Shown: positions 9,247-19,594 of the stretch, piece by piece | Layout: each line of letters starts with the position of its first letter | Position numbering within the stretch: position 1 is the stretch's first letter | Assembly (NCBI GenBank): GCA_041666325.1 | Contig: JBAYHC010000002.1 | Location: 51,635-115,634, forward strand | Reading direction: 5' to 3' | DNA length: 64,000 nt | Source: Patescibacteria group bacterium | GTDB taxonomy: Bacteria > Patescibacteriota > UBA1384 > XYA2-FULL-43-10 > 1-14-0-10-43-13 | Program-made: the position numbers and the translations under genes | The notes under the pieces: model-generated | What the model saw: only the letters and a program-made list of their open reading frames with translations | Databases searched by the model: none | Told to the model about the DNA's origin: nothing

Positions 9247-11352
9247 ATGTTCACGGCCGCTATGGGCATAGCTTTTGGCGCATCGGTTCTGGCCATTGTT
9301 TATGCCTTGATTCTTATTTCTATCATCCTCAAGAAGCCTGCCGGCAACAAGAAGATGGCAGATATTGCCAAGGCAATCCAAGAGGGTGCGTCTGCCTTCT
9401 TGAACCGCCAATACAGCACCGTTGCTGTTGTTGCCGCTGTTCTCTTTATCGTTTTGCTTTATGCCTTCAATTGGCAGACAGCCGTTGGCTTCCTGGTCGG
9501 AGCTCTTTTCTCTGGCCTCGCTGGATACATCGGCATGAACATTGCTGTTCGCGCCAATGTTCGTACGGCTGAGGCAGCCAGGAAGGGAACGGCTGCCGGC
9601 ATGGATGTCGCCTTCAAGTCAGGTGCAGTCACTGGCATGTTTGTCGTTGGTCTCTCGCTTTTGGCTGTCGCTGGTTTCTACGCTATCTTTCGCGACACTG
9701 TCGCTTTGGTCGGTTTTGGTTTTGGCGCTTCTCTTATCTCGATCTTTGCTCGTCTTGGCGGCGGAATTTTTACCAAAGGCGCTGATGTTGGCGCTGATCT
9801 CGTTGGTAAGGTTGAGGCTGGTATTCCTGAGGACGATCCAAGAAACCCCGCTGTTATCGCTGACAATGTCGGTGACAATGTTGGCGACGATGCCGGCATG
9901 GCCGCTGACCTTTTTGAGACCTACTCCATCACAGCTGTTGCCACAATGCTTTTGGGCTCACTGACCTTTGATGGTTTTGAGAATGCGCTTCTTTATCCCT
10001 TGGTTCTCGGTGGAATTTCTATTGTTGCTTCCATCATCGGTTCATTCTTTGCTCGTCTCTCCAAGAAGTCAAAAAATATCATGGGGGCGCTTTATCGAGC
10101 CCTTGCCGTATCTGGTGTATTGGCTGCTGTGGCGTTCTATTTTGCCACCAACTGGTTGATGAAAGACAACGGCATATACAGTACAAGCAGTCTCTTCTAC
10201 TCCTCACTGGTTGGTCTTCTGGTGACCGCCCTAATGGTAGTGGTTACGGAGTACTTCACTTCAACCAAATACTCCCCGGTAAAATCAATTGCTCAGGCCT
10301 CAATTACCGGCCATGGCACCAATGTTATTACCGGACTTGCCGTTTCGCTTAGATCAACCGCTGTTCCCGTCATCGTGATTGCCGCTTCTATTCTCGGTGC
10401 CTATCAGCTGGCTGGTCTCTACGGTGTTGCTGTTGCCGTCATGAGCATGCTCTCTATGGCTGGAATTATTGTCGCTATCGATGCCTTTGGTCCTGTTGCT
10501 GATAATGCTGGTGGTATTGCCGAGATGGCAGACCTACCTGAGGATGTGCGCGTTCACACGGATGCTCTTGATGCCGTCGGAAACACAACCAAGGCTGTAA
10601 CAAAGGGTTATGCCATTGCTTCCGCTGGGCTTGCCGCAGTTGTTCTTTTTGCGAGTTATACCGAGGAATTGATCAAGGCAGGCAAAAGTCTAACATTTGA
10701 TTTGGCAGACCCATACGTTATTGTCGGCCTGTTCATCGGCGGTCTGTTGCCATACTATTTTGCCTCTCTCGCCATGGAAGCTGTTGGCAAAGCCGGTAGT
10801 GCTGTTGTGATCGAGGTTCGAAGACAGTTTAGAGAAATCAAGGGCATTATGGAGGGCAAAGCGAAACCAGATTACAAACGTGCTGTTGATATTGTTACCA
10901 GAGCAGCTATTCGCGAGATGATATTGCCAACATTCGTCACTGTTGCCGCGCCTTTGGTTGTTGGTTTTGTCCTTGGTCCTGTTGCCCTTGGCGGATTCTT
11001 GGTGGGCACTATTATAACTGGAATCTTCGTAGCTATCTCCATGACCTCTGGCGGTGGCGCTTGGGACAATGCCAAGAAGTATATCGAAGCCGGTGCATAC
11101 GGTGGCAAGGGCTCGATTGCTCATCAGGCTGCTGTTACTGGAGACACTGTCGGCGATCCTTATAAAGACACTGCTGGGCCAGCAATTAACCCAATTATCA
11201 AAGTTGTAAACATTATCGCATTATTGATAGCTCCAACTTTGGCTAAGGTCAATGTTTCTTGGGAGATCAAAGTTGTGATCGTTGCAATATTCGTGATACT
11301 CTTAATTGGTTACGCGCTGTTTGCTCCTAAAGGTGAAGCAATAACTGAGTAA
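9247..11352 (+). CDS. hppA: Membrane-bound pyrophosphatase, K+-independent H+-PPase type
   Basis: [20 protein letters not shown] and [11 protein letters not shown] motifs; GNTTKA carries the Lys diagnostic of K+-independent enzymes. Confidence 0.95.
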   Translation: MFTAAMGIAFGASVLAIVYALILISIILKKPAGNKKMADIAKAIQEGASAFLNRQYSTVAVVAAVLFIVLLYAFNWQTAVGFLVGALFSGLAGYIGMNIAVRANVRTAEAARKGTAAGMDVAFKSGAVTGMFVVGLSLLAVAGFYAIFRDTVALVGFGFGASLISIFARLGGGIFTKGADVGADLVGKVEAGIPEDDPRNPAVIADNVGDNVGDDAGMAADLFETYSITAVATMLLGSLTFDGFENALLYPLVLGGISIVASIIGSFFARLSKKSKNIMGALYRALAVSGVLAAVAFYFATNWLMKDNGIYSTSSLFYSSLVGLLVTALMVVVTEYFTSTKYSPVKSIAQASITGHGTNVITGLAVSLRSTAVPVIVIAASILGAYQLAGLYGVAVAVMSMLSMAGIIVAIDAFGPVADNAGGIAEMADLPEDVRVHTDALDAVGNTTKAVTKGYAIASAGLAAVVLFASYTEELIKAGKSLTFDLADPYVIVGLFIGGLLPYYFASLAMEAVGKAGSAVVIEVRRQFREIKGIMEGKAKPDYKRAVDIVTRAAIREMILPTFVTVAAPLVVGFVLGPVALGGFLVGTIITGIFVAISMTSGGGAWDNAKKYIEAGAYGGKGSIAHQAAVTGDTVGDPYKDTAGPAINPIIKVVNIIALLIAPTLAKVNVSWEIKVVIVAIFVILLIGYALFAPKGEAITE

Positions 11353-11369
11353 ATGTACTTTCTTCTGCG

Positions 11370-11612
11370 ATGACTAAACCAGGTGATGATGAAATCAGTA
11401 AGGTGGAGCTAACCCTCGATAGATTCGAGGGTGATCGGGCAATTCTTATTGTTGAGGAGAGTGAGTTTATCGTTCCAAAACAATACTTGCCACGGAATAT
11501 CAAAGAGGGTGGCGTAGTCTGCCTGTCGATGGCGGCGATTGAGGTAGAGCGAAAACGCCGTGAGAAAGCTGCCAAAGATCTTCTCAATGAAATTCTGCGC
11601 GGAAATAAATAA
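11370..11612 (+). CDS. DUF3006-like small protein
   Basis: LDRFEGDRAIL...LPRNIKEG pattern with a C-terminal helix. Confidence 0.75.
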   Translation: MTKPGDDEISKVELTLDRFEGDRAILIVEESEFIVPKQYLPRNIKEGGVVCLSMAAIEVERKRREKAAKDLLNEILRGNK

Positions 11613-11689
11613 AAGTATTGACTCCAGGGGCAACCGTCTCGCCTTTGGCATCGTCGCCCAGTCGGGCATTATCGTATCTTGTAATAAAG

Positions 11690-11723
11690 AAAATATGTGC
11701 CTCATTGGAGAGGCACATATTTT
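11690..11723. terminator. Bidirectional terminator-like hairpin
   Basis: Perfect 14-bp stem aaaatatgtgcctc/gaggcacatatttt. Confidence 0.65.
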
Positions 11724-11831
11724 ATTGAGAGGGCTCAAAGTGGAGCGCTCTAGTGAGCAATTTGTTCGAATTGTGATATACTGAATTTGCTTAGGTTTAT
11801 AGTAAGCTGAGTCGAACCACGTTACCTTAAA

Positions 11832-13688
11832 TTGATGACGAAATCGGGGAAAAATAGACGCACAAGAATAATCGGCGCTGTGGTGGCCAGTTTTTTTGTG
11901 CTGATAATGATTTTGTCCGGAGCATTCGCGGTGTACTCATTTTTCAACTTTGATCGTGTCTACGCCAATCAGTATGTTGGTAATATCAACTTGGCCAAAA
12001 GAACTCGATCTGAGGTTAGAGATATTCTCACAAAGGAAGCGGCTGATTTTTCGAGCAAGGAATTGATTCTGCGCTATAAGGGCGAAAAAGAAGAGAAGAC
12101 ATACAAGATTAAGCCGTCAGAAGTCGGTTTGCACTATGATGCTGAGGCGACCACAAAGAAGGTGTGGGATTTTGGCCGAGAGGGTGACATAGCAAGTTCG
12201 TCCTGGCATCAGATGAAGTCAATTTTTGTCAGAAGCGAACATGAAGCCGTATTCACGATTAATCAAGGCGAGCTTGAGGCTAAGATCAAGACCATAGCCA
12301 AAGAGATCGATCTACCCGAGAAGGACTATTCGATCACATATAAAGAGGGAAAATTTGTTCTCAGCGATCAACAGTCCGAGGGCAGGCGCATCGACCAGGC
12401 AGAAATCACTACTGCCATCCTCAATCACTTGCGTAAATTTGAGAGTAGCGAAGTAGCGTTCGTTTCCAAGATCTATGCTCCAAAAGTAAAGAAGGAGAAG
12501 GCACTGGCGCGACTCTTGGCGGCCAATAGAATTCTCGAAAAAGGTGAGCTTATAGCTTTCTACGAGGGGCAGGAATTTAAATTTGACAAGGATATGATCG
12601 GCGGAACAATTAAATCGCAAATCAACAAAGATGATCTTGAGATCTTGTTGGACGACAAGCGTTTGAACACATTTTTGGATACCGTCGGGGGAGCGATCAA
12701 TGTCGAGCCGAGAAGCGCGAAACTAACGATCAACAACAGTCGGGCAACCATCTTTGAGACATCAAGAGACGGCAAGAGCTTGAGTGGGGACATTAGCAAG
12801 GAGAGAATAAAAAGTGCCCTGCTTTCGAGAGCTGAGGACGACTCAGATCATTCTCGCGTAGAGCTGGTGGTAGAGGTAAAAAAGCCAGAAATTGCCGAGA
12901 ATGATATTGGTAATCTGGGCATAACTGAGTTAGTCGCTTCTGCCTCAACTGAATTCAAGGGCTCTCCAGCGAATCGAATTCACAATATTCAAACCGGTGC
13001 AGCTGCGATCAATGGTGTTTTGGTAAAACCGGGGGAAACTTTTTCGACTTTGGCACGCCTTGGCGCTATCGATGGATCAACGGGATACTTACCAGAGTTA
13101 GTTATCAAAGAAGATCGAACCGTGCCTGAGTTTGGTGGCGGGTTGTGTCAAGTCTCGACAACTCTTTTCCGTTCTGCTCTCAATGCCGGAATGAAGATTG
13201 TGGAAAGGAGTAATCACAGCTATCGCGTTGGTTATTACGAGCCTCCGGTTGGTATGGATGCGACCATTTATGACCCGGCGCCTGACTTCAAGTTTTCTAA
13301 CAATTATTCCAGTCATATTCTTATTCAGTCAAAAGTCGAGGGAACCAAAATAACTTTCGAGCTGTACGGGACCAAAGATGGCCGCCAGGTCGAGATCGGG
13401 CAGCCTGTGGTTTATGATTACACCAACCCATCAGAGCCGATAAACATCGAAACCGATACTTTGCCGCCCGGTGAGAGAAAGCAGATCGAGAAGCCGCACC
13501 AGGGCGCTTCGGCAAAATTTCATTATAAGTCTGTCCGTAACGATGAAGTGCTCCAAGAGCGAGATTTCTTCTCCAAGTATGTCCCTTGGCCAGAGAAGTG
13601 GCTAGTGGGTAAACAGCCAGTGCAGCCGCAGCCAGAGACGGTACCGCAGCCGGAGCCGGCGCCAGCGTCAGAATCACAACCACAATAA
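11832..13688 (+). CDS. VanW-family protein with N-terminal membrane anchor and PG-binding-4-like repeats
   Basis: N-terminal TM; RIHNI, GGGLCQVSTTLF, ERSNHS and GMDATIY VanW motifs; G5-like C-terminus and PQ-rich tail. Confidence 0.88.
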   Translation: MMTKSGKNRRTRIIGAVVASFFVLIMILSGAFAVYSFFNFDRVYANQYVGNINLAKRTRSEVRDILTKEAADFSSKELILRYKGEKEEKTYKIKPSEVGLHYDAEATTKKVWDFGREGDIASSSWHQMKSIFVRSEHEAVFTINQGELEAKIKTIAKEIDLPEKDYSITYKEGKFVLSDQQSEGRRIDQAEITTAILNHLRKFESSEVAFVSKIYAPKVKKEKALARLLAANRILEKGELIAFYEGQEFKFDKDMIGGTIKSQINKDDLEILLDDKRLNTFLDTVGGAINVEPRSAKLTINNSRATIFETSRDGKSLSGDISKERIKSALLSRAEDDSDHSRVELVVEVKKPEIAENDIGNLGITELVASASTEFKGSPANRIHNIQTGAAAINGVLVKPGETFSTLARLGAIDGSTGYLPELVIKEDRTVPEFGGGLCQVSTTLFRSALNAGMKIVERSNHSYRVGYYEPPVGMDATIYDPAPDFKFSNNYSSHILIQSKVEGTKITFELYGTKDGRQVEIGQPVVYDYTNPSEPINIETDTLPPGERKQIEKPHQGASAKFHYKSVRNDEVLQERDFFSKYVPWPEKWLVGKQPVQPQPETVPQPEPAPASESQPQ

Positions 13689-13709
13689 TTTGGCGGAATC
13701 ATAGTTACG

Positions 13710-13782
13710 ATAGACTCTAGGGCCTAGGATTCTAGAACCTAGGCCTTGGGTTCTAGTGTCTAGAGTTCTAGATTCTAAATTC
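13710..13782. repeat. Degenerate ~7-nt tandem array (ctagNNN / tctagatt)
   Basis: tagactctagggcctaggattctagaacctagg...tctagagttctagattctaaattc. Confidence 0.65.
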
Positions 13783-13844
13783 AAACCATTTATTCTTGCG
13801 AGAGATTTGTAAGTTCGTAGGGGATCAGGAAGCCTGGAGGGGCA

Positions 13845-16445
13845 GTGTCAAACCATCAATTTTATGCTTGGACTGTCGAAGAAATCGAGCACCATTTTGG
13901 TGTTGAGGCAAATTTTGGTTTGAGTACAAAGCATGCAGGACATCTGCTTCAGAAATATGGTCCTAATTCACTTAATGACCTCAAGGAAACGGGAATCTGG
14001 ACTGTGTTACTGCGGCAGCTGGATAATTTTTTTGTCTTTTTGCTAGTCATCGCAGCCGTCATTTCTTACATGGTTGACGGTCTGGTGCAGGCGTTAATTC
14101 TCGTTGCTGTAATAATTATTAACATCGCTCTAGGGTTTTTTCAGGAATATAAAGCAGAGAGAGCTCTGGCCGAACTAAAGAGCGCGTACCAAGCCAAGAG
14201 TAAGGTTCTCCGAGGTGGTAAGATCAGAGCTATTCCAAATGAAGAGCTAACAATTGGTGATGTCGTTATTCTGGAAAGTGGCGACAAAGTCCCAGCTGAC
14301 GTGCGGGTGATTGAGGAGGAGGGACTTCGTGTTGACGAATCTCTTCTGTCAGGTGAATCTGTTCCGGCCAGCAAAAACCCAGCTGCTTTATCGAAGGAAA
14401 CATCTTTGGCTGATAGGCACAACATGCTTTTTGCTTCAACACTCGTTGCAGCAGGCAGGGGAAGAGGTATTGTTGTTGCCATTGGATCAGGAACGGAATT
14501 TGGAAAAATTGCTAATCTTGTCAAAAAGGCTGAGGAGAGAACCCCTCTTGAACAGCAAATTTTCTATATTGGCAAGATACTCACGCTTGTTTCTGCACTG
14601 GTAGCAGCGGCAATATTTATTCTAGGGTACTTCAGTGGCGAGTCACTTCTGCCTCTCCTGTCCTTCTCGATCGCTCTTCTTGTTGCGACTGTGCCAGAGA
14701 GTTTACCTACGGCTGTTACCTTGTCCTTGGCTATGGGCGTCGCAAGGGCAGCCAGGCAGAAGGTGCTAATCCGAAGAATGGCGGCGATAGAGACCCTCGG
14801 GACGATAAACATTATCGCTAGCGATAAAACCGGGACCCTAACGGAAAATCATCTTGTTGCTGAGGTTGCCTCAGTCTTTGGCAACCTGCATTGGCATCGA
14901 GCTGATCTCGACAGCGGTGAAGACAGGAAGTATGCCGGGTCCCTTTTGGCTCGGGCAGTTGTTTGCTCCAATGTAGTTTGGCGTGGTGAAAAGGAGCTGG
15001 TGGGTGATCCCATCGAGATAGCCCTTGTCGAGCGTTGCAGAAAAGGTTACTCGGATGCGCTTGATGAATCTGATAAATACCGGCGTGTGCTGGAGATTCC
15101 CTTCGATTCGGATCGAAAATATATGGCGGTCTTGTGTCGTCGGCGCGGAGGAAGCGAATTGATAGTTAAAGGAATGCCGGAGAGGGTAATCTCTTTTTGT
15201 GCCCTGACTGTTTCGGAAAGAAAGGTGGCATTAGCCGAGGCGGCGAGTTTAAGCAGGGATGGTTATAAGGTGCTGGCGGTCGCAAAAAAGAAAAGCGTAA
15301 CCACCGCCAAGGTTCTCTCGAAAATGGAGTTGCTTGGTTTCTTGGCTTTTGCGGATGAACCGGCGGTAGGGGTAAAAGAGGCGATAGGACAAGCCATTAG
15401 GGCTGGCATTAGGCCGATTATTATTACCGGAGATCATCCTGAAACAGCACGGTTCATTGCTAACAAAGTTGGTATGAACGTGGGAAATGATGAGATCTTA
15501 GGTGAAAAAGAGCTGGCCAATATGACGCAAAGGCAACTCGAAGCTGCGCTTAAGGTGGTGAAAGTTTTTGCCCGGGTCACGCCCGAAGACAAAATCAATA
15601 TCGTCAAGACTTTACAAAAAATGGGTTATTCTGTCGGTGTTACGGGTGACGGAGTAAATGATGCCCCTGCGCTCAAGGAGGCGAATGCTGGTATTGCTAT
15701 GGGAATCAAGGGAACAGAGGTGGCAAAGAGCGCTGCCGATATTGTTTTGGCCGATGATCGTTATGGAACGATCATCTCTGCCATTGAGTACGGGCGCTCG
15801 ATTTTTGATAACATCAAAAATATTATCACTTTCCTGGTTGCGGGCAATCTGAACGAAATACTGATGGTGGGTTTGGCCTATATTTTCGGGATGCCTTTGC
15901 CGATCACTACCTTGCAGATCTTGTGGGTCAACCTGATTACTGATTCTTTTCCTGCCCTGGCGCTAAGTTTTGAGCAGCCGTCTCGCCATGTTTTGTCTGA
16001 ACCCCCAAGGTCGATTCGCCAAGACTCACTCAAGGCCCCGATTGTATATGCAGGGTATTTATCCATAATTTCCCTCGCCCTGAGTATCGCAGTCTACTTT
16101 TGGGGATTGTCTTTCTCTCTGGCCAAAGCCCAGACTATGACGTTCACATTTTTGGTCTTAATTGAGTTGATTTTTTGTTTCTCTGTTCGTTCTAAGCAGA
16201 GATTTTGGCAGCGACCAAGGGGTTTCTTTGAGAATAAGTTTTTGCTTTGGGCGATAGCGCTCTCCTTGTTCTTGCAGGGCATAATATTTGTCGCTCCGCT
16301 GCGCAAGATCTTCGGCCTTGTTGGACTAACTTCTTCGGACATTGCCGTCTTGGTTGTGTCGTCAGTTGTTGCTTTTGTCCTGGCTGAGCTCATCAGATAT
16401 GTTTCCGACAAAGTAGCCCAAAGAAAATTGCGGCAAAAACCATAG
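13845..16445 (+). CDS. Cation-transporting P-type ATPase (type IIA, Ca2+-like)
   Basis: SGES, PESLP, DKTGTLTEN, TGD, GDGVNDAPALK and QILWVNLITD motifs. Confidence 0.93.
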   Translation: MSNHQFYAWTVEEIEHHFGVEANFGLSTKHAGHLLQKYGPNSLNDLKETGIWTVLLRQLDNFFVFLLVIAAVISYMVDGLVQALILVAVIIINIALGFFQEYKAERALAELKSAYQAKSKVLRGGKIRAIPNEELTIGDVVILESGDKVPADVRVIEEEGLRVDESLLSGESVPASKNPAALSKETSLADRHNMLFASTLVAAGRGRGIVVAIGSGTEFGKIANLVKKAEERTPLEQQIFYIGKILTLVSALVAAAIFILGYFSGESLLPLLSFSIALLVATVPESLPTAVTLSLAMGVARAARQKVLIRRMAAIETLGTINIIASDKTGTLTENHLVAEVASVFGNLHWHRADLDSGEDRKYAGSLLARAVVCSNVVWRGEKELVGDPIEIALVERCRKGYSDALDESDKYRRVLEIPFDSDRKYMAVLCRRRGGSELIVKGMPERVISFCALTVSERKVALAEAASLSRDGYKVLAVAKKKSVTTAKVLSKMELLGFLAFADEPAVGVKEAIGQAIRAGIRPIIITGDHPETARFIANKVGMNVGNDEILGEKELANMTQRQLEAALKVVKVFARVTPEDKINIVKTLQKMGYSVGVTGDGVNDAPALKEANAGIAMGIKGTEVAKSAADIVLADDRYGTIISAIEYGRSIFDNIKNIITFLVAGNLNEILMVGLAYIFGMPLPITTLQILWVNLITDSFPALALSFEQPSRHVLSEPPRSIRQDSLKAPIVYAGYLSIISLALSIAVYFWGLSFSLAKAQTMTFTFLVLIELIFCFSVRSKQRFWQRPRGFFENKFLLWAIALSLFLQGIIFVAPLRKIFGLVGLTSSDIAVLVVSSVVAFVLAELIRYVSDKVAQRKLRQKP

Positions 16446-16593
16446 GGTCAAGTCGGAGCTTTTTTGATTTTAAAAATTAGTCGAAGATGTACCGTGCCGC
16501 AAAATGGCTAGATCTATTCCACAAAAAGTTCCCATTCAACAACAGATAATACTTCTAGTGCAGAGCACAACCTGTGACATTGTGAACAAGCGA

Positions 16594-18336
16594 TCAAATG
16601 GTTGGTGCGAGTTCTTTTTCGATTTTGGCAGCGATTGTGCTGTTGGATGAATGTTCATCTGCTGCCTTGATGAAGGCCATGAAAAGCGGGTGGGGGTGAA
16701 GTGGGCGCGATTGGAGTTCGGGATGGAACTGGACGCCAACATAAAACGGATGATCTTTGAGCTCCACTATCTCTGCAAGGTCGCGTTCGGGGTTGACGCC
16801 GGCGATGACTAATCCTGCCTTTTCAAGTTGTTCGCGGTATTTGTTGTTAAGCTCATATCGATGGCGATGACGTTCCACTATCGTGGGGTATTTCGTATTT
16901 CGCCCGCCTGCATCGCCTGGAGCGAAGCTACCGCGGGCAGGTATTTCGTATTTGGTGTACGCCACATAGGAGGTGGTGCCTTTCTTGAGCAAGCAATCGA
17001 ATGCACCGAGGCGCATTGAGCCGCCATAATCTCTTTCTTCAAGCCTTTTCTTTTGGTCGGGCATGATGTGAATGACGGGGTATGGAGTTTCAGAATTGAT
17101 TTCTTCTGTGTGAGCGCCCTTCATACCGCAGACATTCCGAGCAAATTCAATTGTAGCGATTTGCATGCCATAGCAGAGGCCAAAATAAGGAATTGAGTTT
17201 TGGCGACAGAATCCTGCGGCCGCAATTTTACCCTCAATACCTCGCGATCCAAAGCCTCCCGGAACGATAACACCATCAAAACTTCTCAGTTCCTCTAGCT
17301 TTTCCGGGTTTTTCTCATATGCTTCAGAGTTCAGCCAGGTAAGCTTTGGCTGCAGTTCTTGCGTCCAGGCAGCATGCTTAACCGCCTCTATAACCGATAT
17401 ATAAGAGTCAGACAGAACGTAGTCTCCTGTGCCAAAATATTTTCCGACAATACCGATATTGATCTCTCTCTTGCCATTGTGAGCGTGGCGAGTGAATTCC
17501 TCCCATTTTGACAGATCTGAATCCTTCTCCGGTAGGTTAAGGTGATGCAATATCTTGTTGCCCAGACCTTCTTTTTCAAAGTTGACCGGAATATCATAGA
17601 TTGAGTCAACATCAGGAGCAGAGATAGCATTTTCTGGTTCTATGCTGCAAAATATTGCGAGCTTTTCTCTGCGTTTGTCGTCGATCGGCTTTTCTGATCT
17701 GCAGAGAATGAAGTCGGCTTGGATACCGCAGGAATTTAGCTCTCGTGAAGCATGCTGGGTTGGCTTGGTCTTCATCTCTCCAACCTTGGAAGGAATAGGA
17801 AGATAAGAGACCAATACAAAAACTACATCCTTCGGTTGCTTAAGTTTTAGCATTCTGGCTGCTTCGAGGAAAAGAAGGTTTTCGTATTCCCCGACAGTAC
17901 CACCTATTTCTATGACGCCGATATCTGATTTTGTTTCCTTAACAGCTGTCTTGATCCGTCTGATTATTTCTTCAGGAATGTGGGGCACTACCTGGACACA
18001 CTTTCCGCCGTACTCAAGATTTCTTTCTCGGTTTATAACGCTTTGATATATGCGGCCGGTGGTCATATAGTTGATCTTGGTGATGTTTTCATTGAGAAAG
18101 CGCTCATAGTTGCCAAGGTCCTGATCGCACTCATCTCCGTCAATTGTAACGAAAACCTCGCCATGCTCTGTCGGGTTCATTGTGCCAGCATCAACATTGA
18201 CGTAGGGGTCGGCCTTAAGGGCAGTAACCCTGTAGCCCTTGCTTTTAAGAATTGTCCCGATCGAAGCAGCTGCGATACCTTTGCCCACTGACGACATGAC
18301 GCCGCCAACGACGAAGATGAATTTTTCCTGGGCCAT
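16594..18336 (-). CDS. pyrG: CTP synthase
   Basis: GGVMSSVGKG, GGTVGEYE, KTKPTQ, GLCYGMQ, ERHRHRYE and QFHPE motifs; ATG at 18336 with GGAGG upstream. Confidence 0.97.
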   Translation of the reverse strand: MAQEKFIFVVGGVMSSVGKGIAAASIGTILKSKGYRVTALKADPYVNVDAGTMNPTEHGEVFVTIDGDECDQDLGNYERFLNENITKINYMTTGRIYQSVINRERNLEYGGKCVQVVPHIPEEIIRRIKTAVKETKSDIGVIEIGGTVGEYENLLFLEAARMLKLKQPKDVVFVLVSYLPIPSKVGEMKTKPTQHASRELNSCGIQADFILCRSEKPIDDKRREKLAIFCSIEPENAISAPDVDSIYDIPVNFEKEGLGNKILHHLNLPEKDSDLSKWEEFTRHAHNGKREINIGIVGKYFGTGDYVLSDSYISVIEAVKHAAWTQELQPKLTWLNSEAYEKNPEKLEELRSFDGVIVPGGFGSRGIEGKIAAAGFCRQNSIPYFGLCYGMQIATIEFARNVCGMKGAHTEEINSETPYPVIHIMPDQKKRLEERDYGGSMRLGAFDCLLKKGTTSYVAYTKYEIPARGSFAPGDAGGRNTKYPTIVERHRHRYELNNKYREQLEKAGLVIAGVNPERDLAEIVELKDHPFYVGVQFHPELQSRPLHPHPLFMAFIKAADEHSSNSTIAAKIEKELAPTI

Positions 18337-18547
18337 AGACTTCCTCCGTTGTATATTAGTCGAGCGATGTGAGTACAAACAAAAAACTCCTTGATCTGGC
18401 ATATTGGAGTTTTTTTTAGAAGCTAACTTTGTTTTAATGCTATTTTAAACCAACCCGTAAGTTGAATGCAATACTAAAAAGGTTGATTGTCTGTGGAAAT
18501 GTTGTGTCAGACCAAACACAATCGTTGTCTGCTATACTATCTTTGAA

Positions 18548-19216
18548 ATGAGAACAAGACTTCTGCAAAACAGACTAACCAAGTTGCGGATCGCCGGATA
18601 TTTTTTCCAGGCGGTTCCATTTATTCGAGCCGTTATTCTCAATGGCTCATTGGCGACCGGCCAGATCAAAGCGTCGTCTGATATTGACTTGCTGATAGTT
18701 GCCAGTGAGGGCAGGATTTTTACTGTGCGTTTTTTGGTCAACGCTTTTGCTTGGGTCTCGGGACAGAAGAGGCCGAAGGATGAGCGCCGATCTCACGCCG
18801 GTAAGTTTTGTTTCAACTACTTTATGTCTACCTCATACCTGAAGATTCCAGTTGGTCGTGGTGATAGCATTGATCGATATTGTGCCAGGTGTTACTCGCA
18901 GAGTGTGCTGGTGTGGCAGAGAGGAGATGTCTTCGAGCGTTTTTGGCAGGACAACTACGATTTATTTGTCCGATATTCAACCCGGGGCAACAACCGTTTT
19001 TCGAAGATATTTCCCGTTCGAACGCTGTGGTCAATGACGAGGCTCTCTGGGCTTGCTGAGTTTATTTTTGGAGGAAGGGCCGGGAATTGTCTGGAACAAT
19101 ACTTGAAAGCATTCCAGATCAGATCTATTGAGCGTGATGACAGGACGCGCAAGTACCCTTCATTGATTGTTTACTCCGACAGAGAATTGCGTTTTCATCC
19201 GCCAAAAGAAGACTGA
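18548..19216 (+). CDS. Nucleotidyltransferase-domain (MNT-like) protein
   Basis: NGSLATG...SDIDL motif. Confidence 0.7.
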   Translation: MRTRLLQNRLTKLRIAGYFFQAVPFIRAVILNGSLATGQIKASSDIDLLIVASEGRIFTVRFLVNAFAWVSGQKRPKDERRSHAGKFCFNYFMSTSYLKIPVGRGDSIDRYCARCYSQSVLVWQRGDVFERFWQDNYDLFVRYSTRGNNRFSKIFPVRTLWSMTRLSGLAEFIFGGRAGNCLEQYLKAFQIRSIERDDRTRKYPSLIVYSDRELRFHPPKED

Positions 19217-19289
19217 CAAGGTTTCTGCCGGTTGGTTTTTGGGCACGGAAAACGATGCAACAATTGGTTGAGTTTGAGTCTGACTAATC

Positions 19290-19362
19290 TTGACATCGTG
19301 CGTCTGATAATCTAAGATGATGTTGGCGGCAGACGTTTCCCCCTTGCGTCGCCGCCATTTTT
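19290..19362 (+). ncRNA. Candidate tiny sRNA: promoter followed directly by a terminator hairpin
   Basis: TTGACA(19290)-17-TAAGAT(19313), then hairpin tggcggc-agacg/cgtc-gccgcca with a C-rich loop and T5. Confidence 0.35.
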
Positions 19363-19511
19363 AAAAAGACTGAAGAACTTGAGAACCAACGAACAAGTGA
19401 GGGCTTGGCAATATCCTTACAGTTCCTGTGTGCTTCCGTTCCTCAGTTTTTTGTTTATAAGAAAGTTGTTGCTATCGCTAGGTGATGACAAGGCCAGCCA
19501 GTGCTAGGGGG

Positions 19512-19540
19512 TTGACAATGTGTAAAGTTTACTTTACATT
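19512..19540 (+). promoter_or_regulatory. groESL promoter with overlapping inverted repeat
   Basis: TTGACA(19512)-17-TACATT(19535); tgtaaagt-tt-actttaca palindrome at 19521-19538. Confidence 0.55.
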
Positions 19541-19594
19541 TTGTGATGAAGCCATGAGTATTTAATAGTATTTAAAAAGGAAGGTGAGGTGCTT

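Noticed and set aside
11620-11670. Possible riboswitch (GC-rich stretch after the DUF3006 gene)
   Set aside because: Fragments resemble ZTP or c-di-GMP motifs, but the required conserved elements are not all present
19480-19594. CIRCE element before groES
   Set aside because: Only a partial agtgcta half-site; no full inverted repeat
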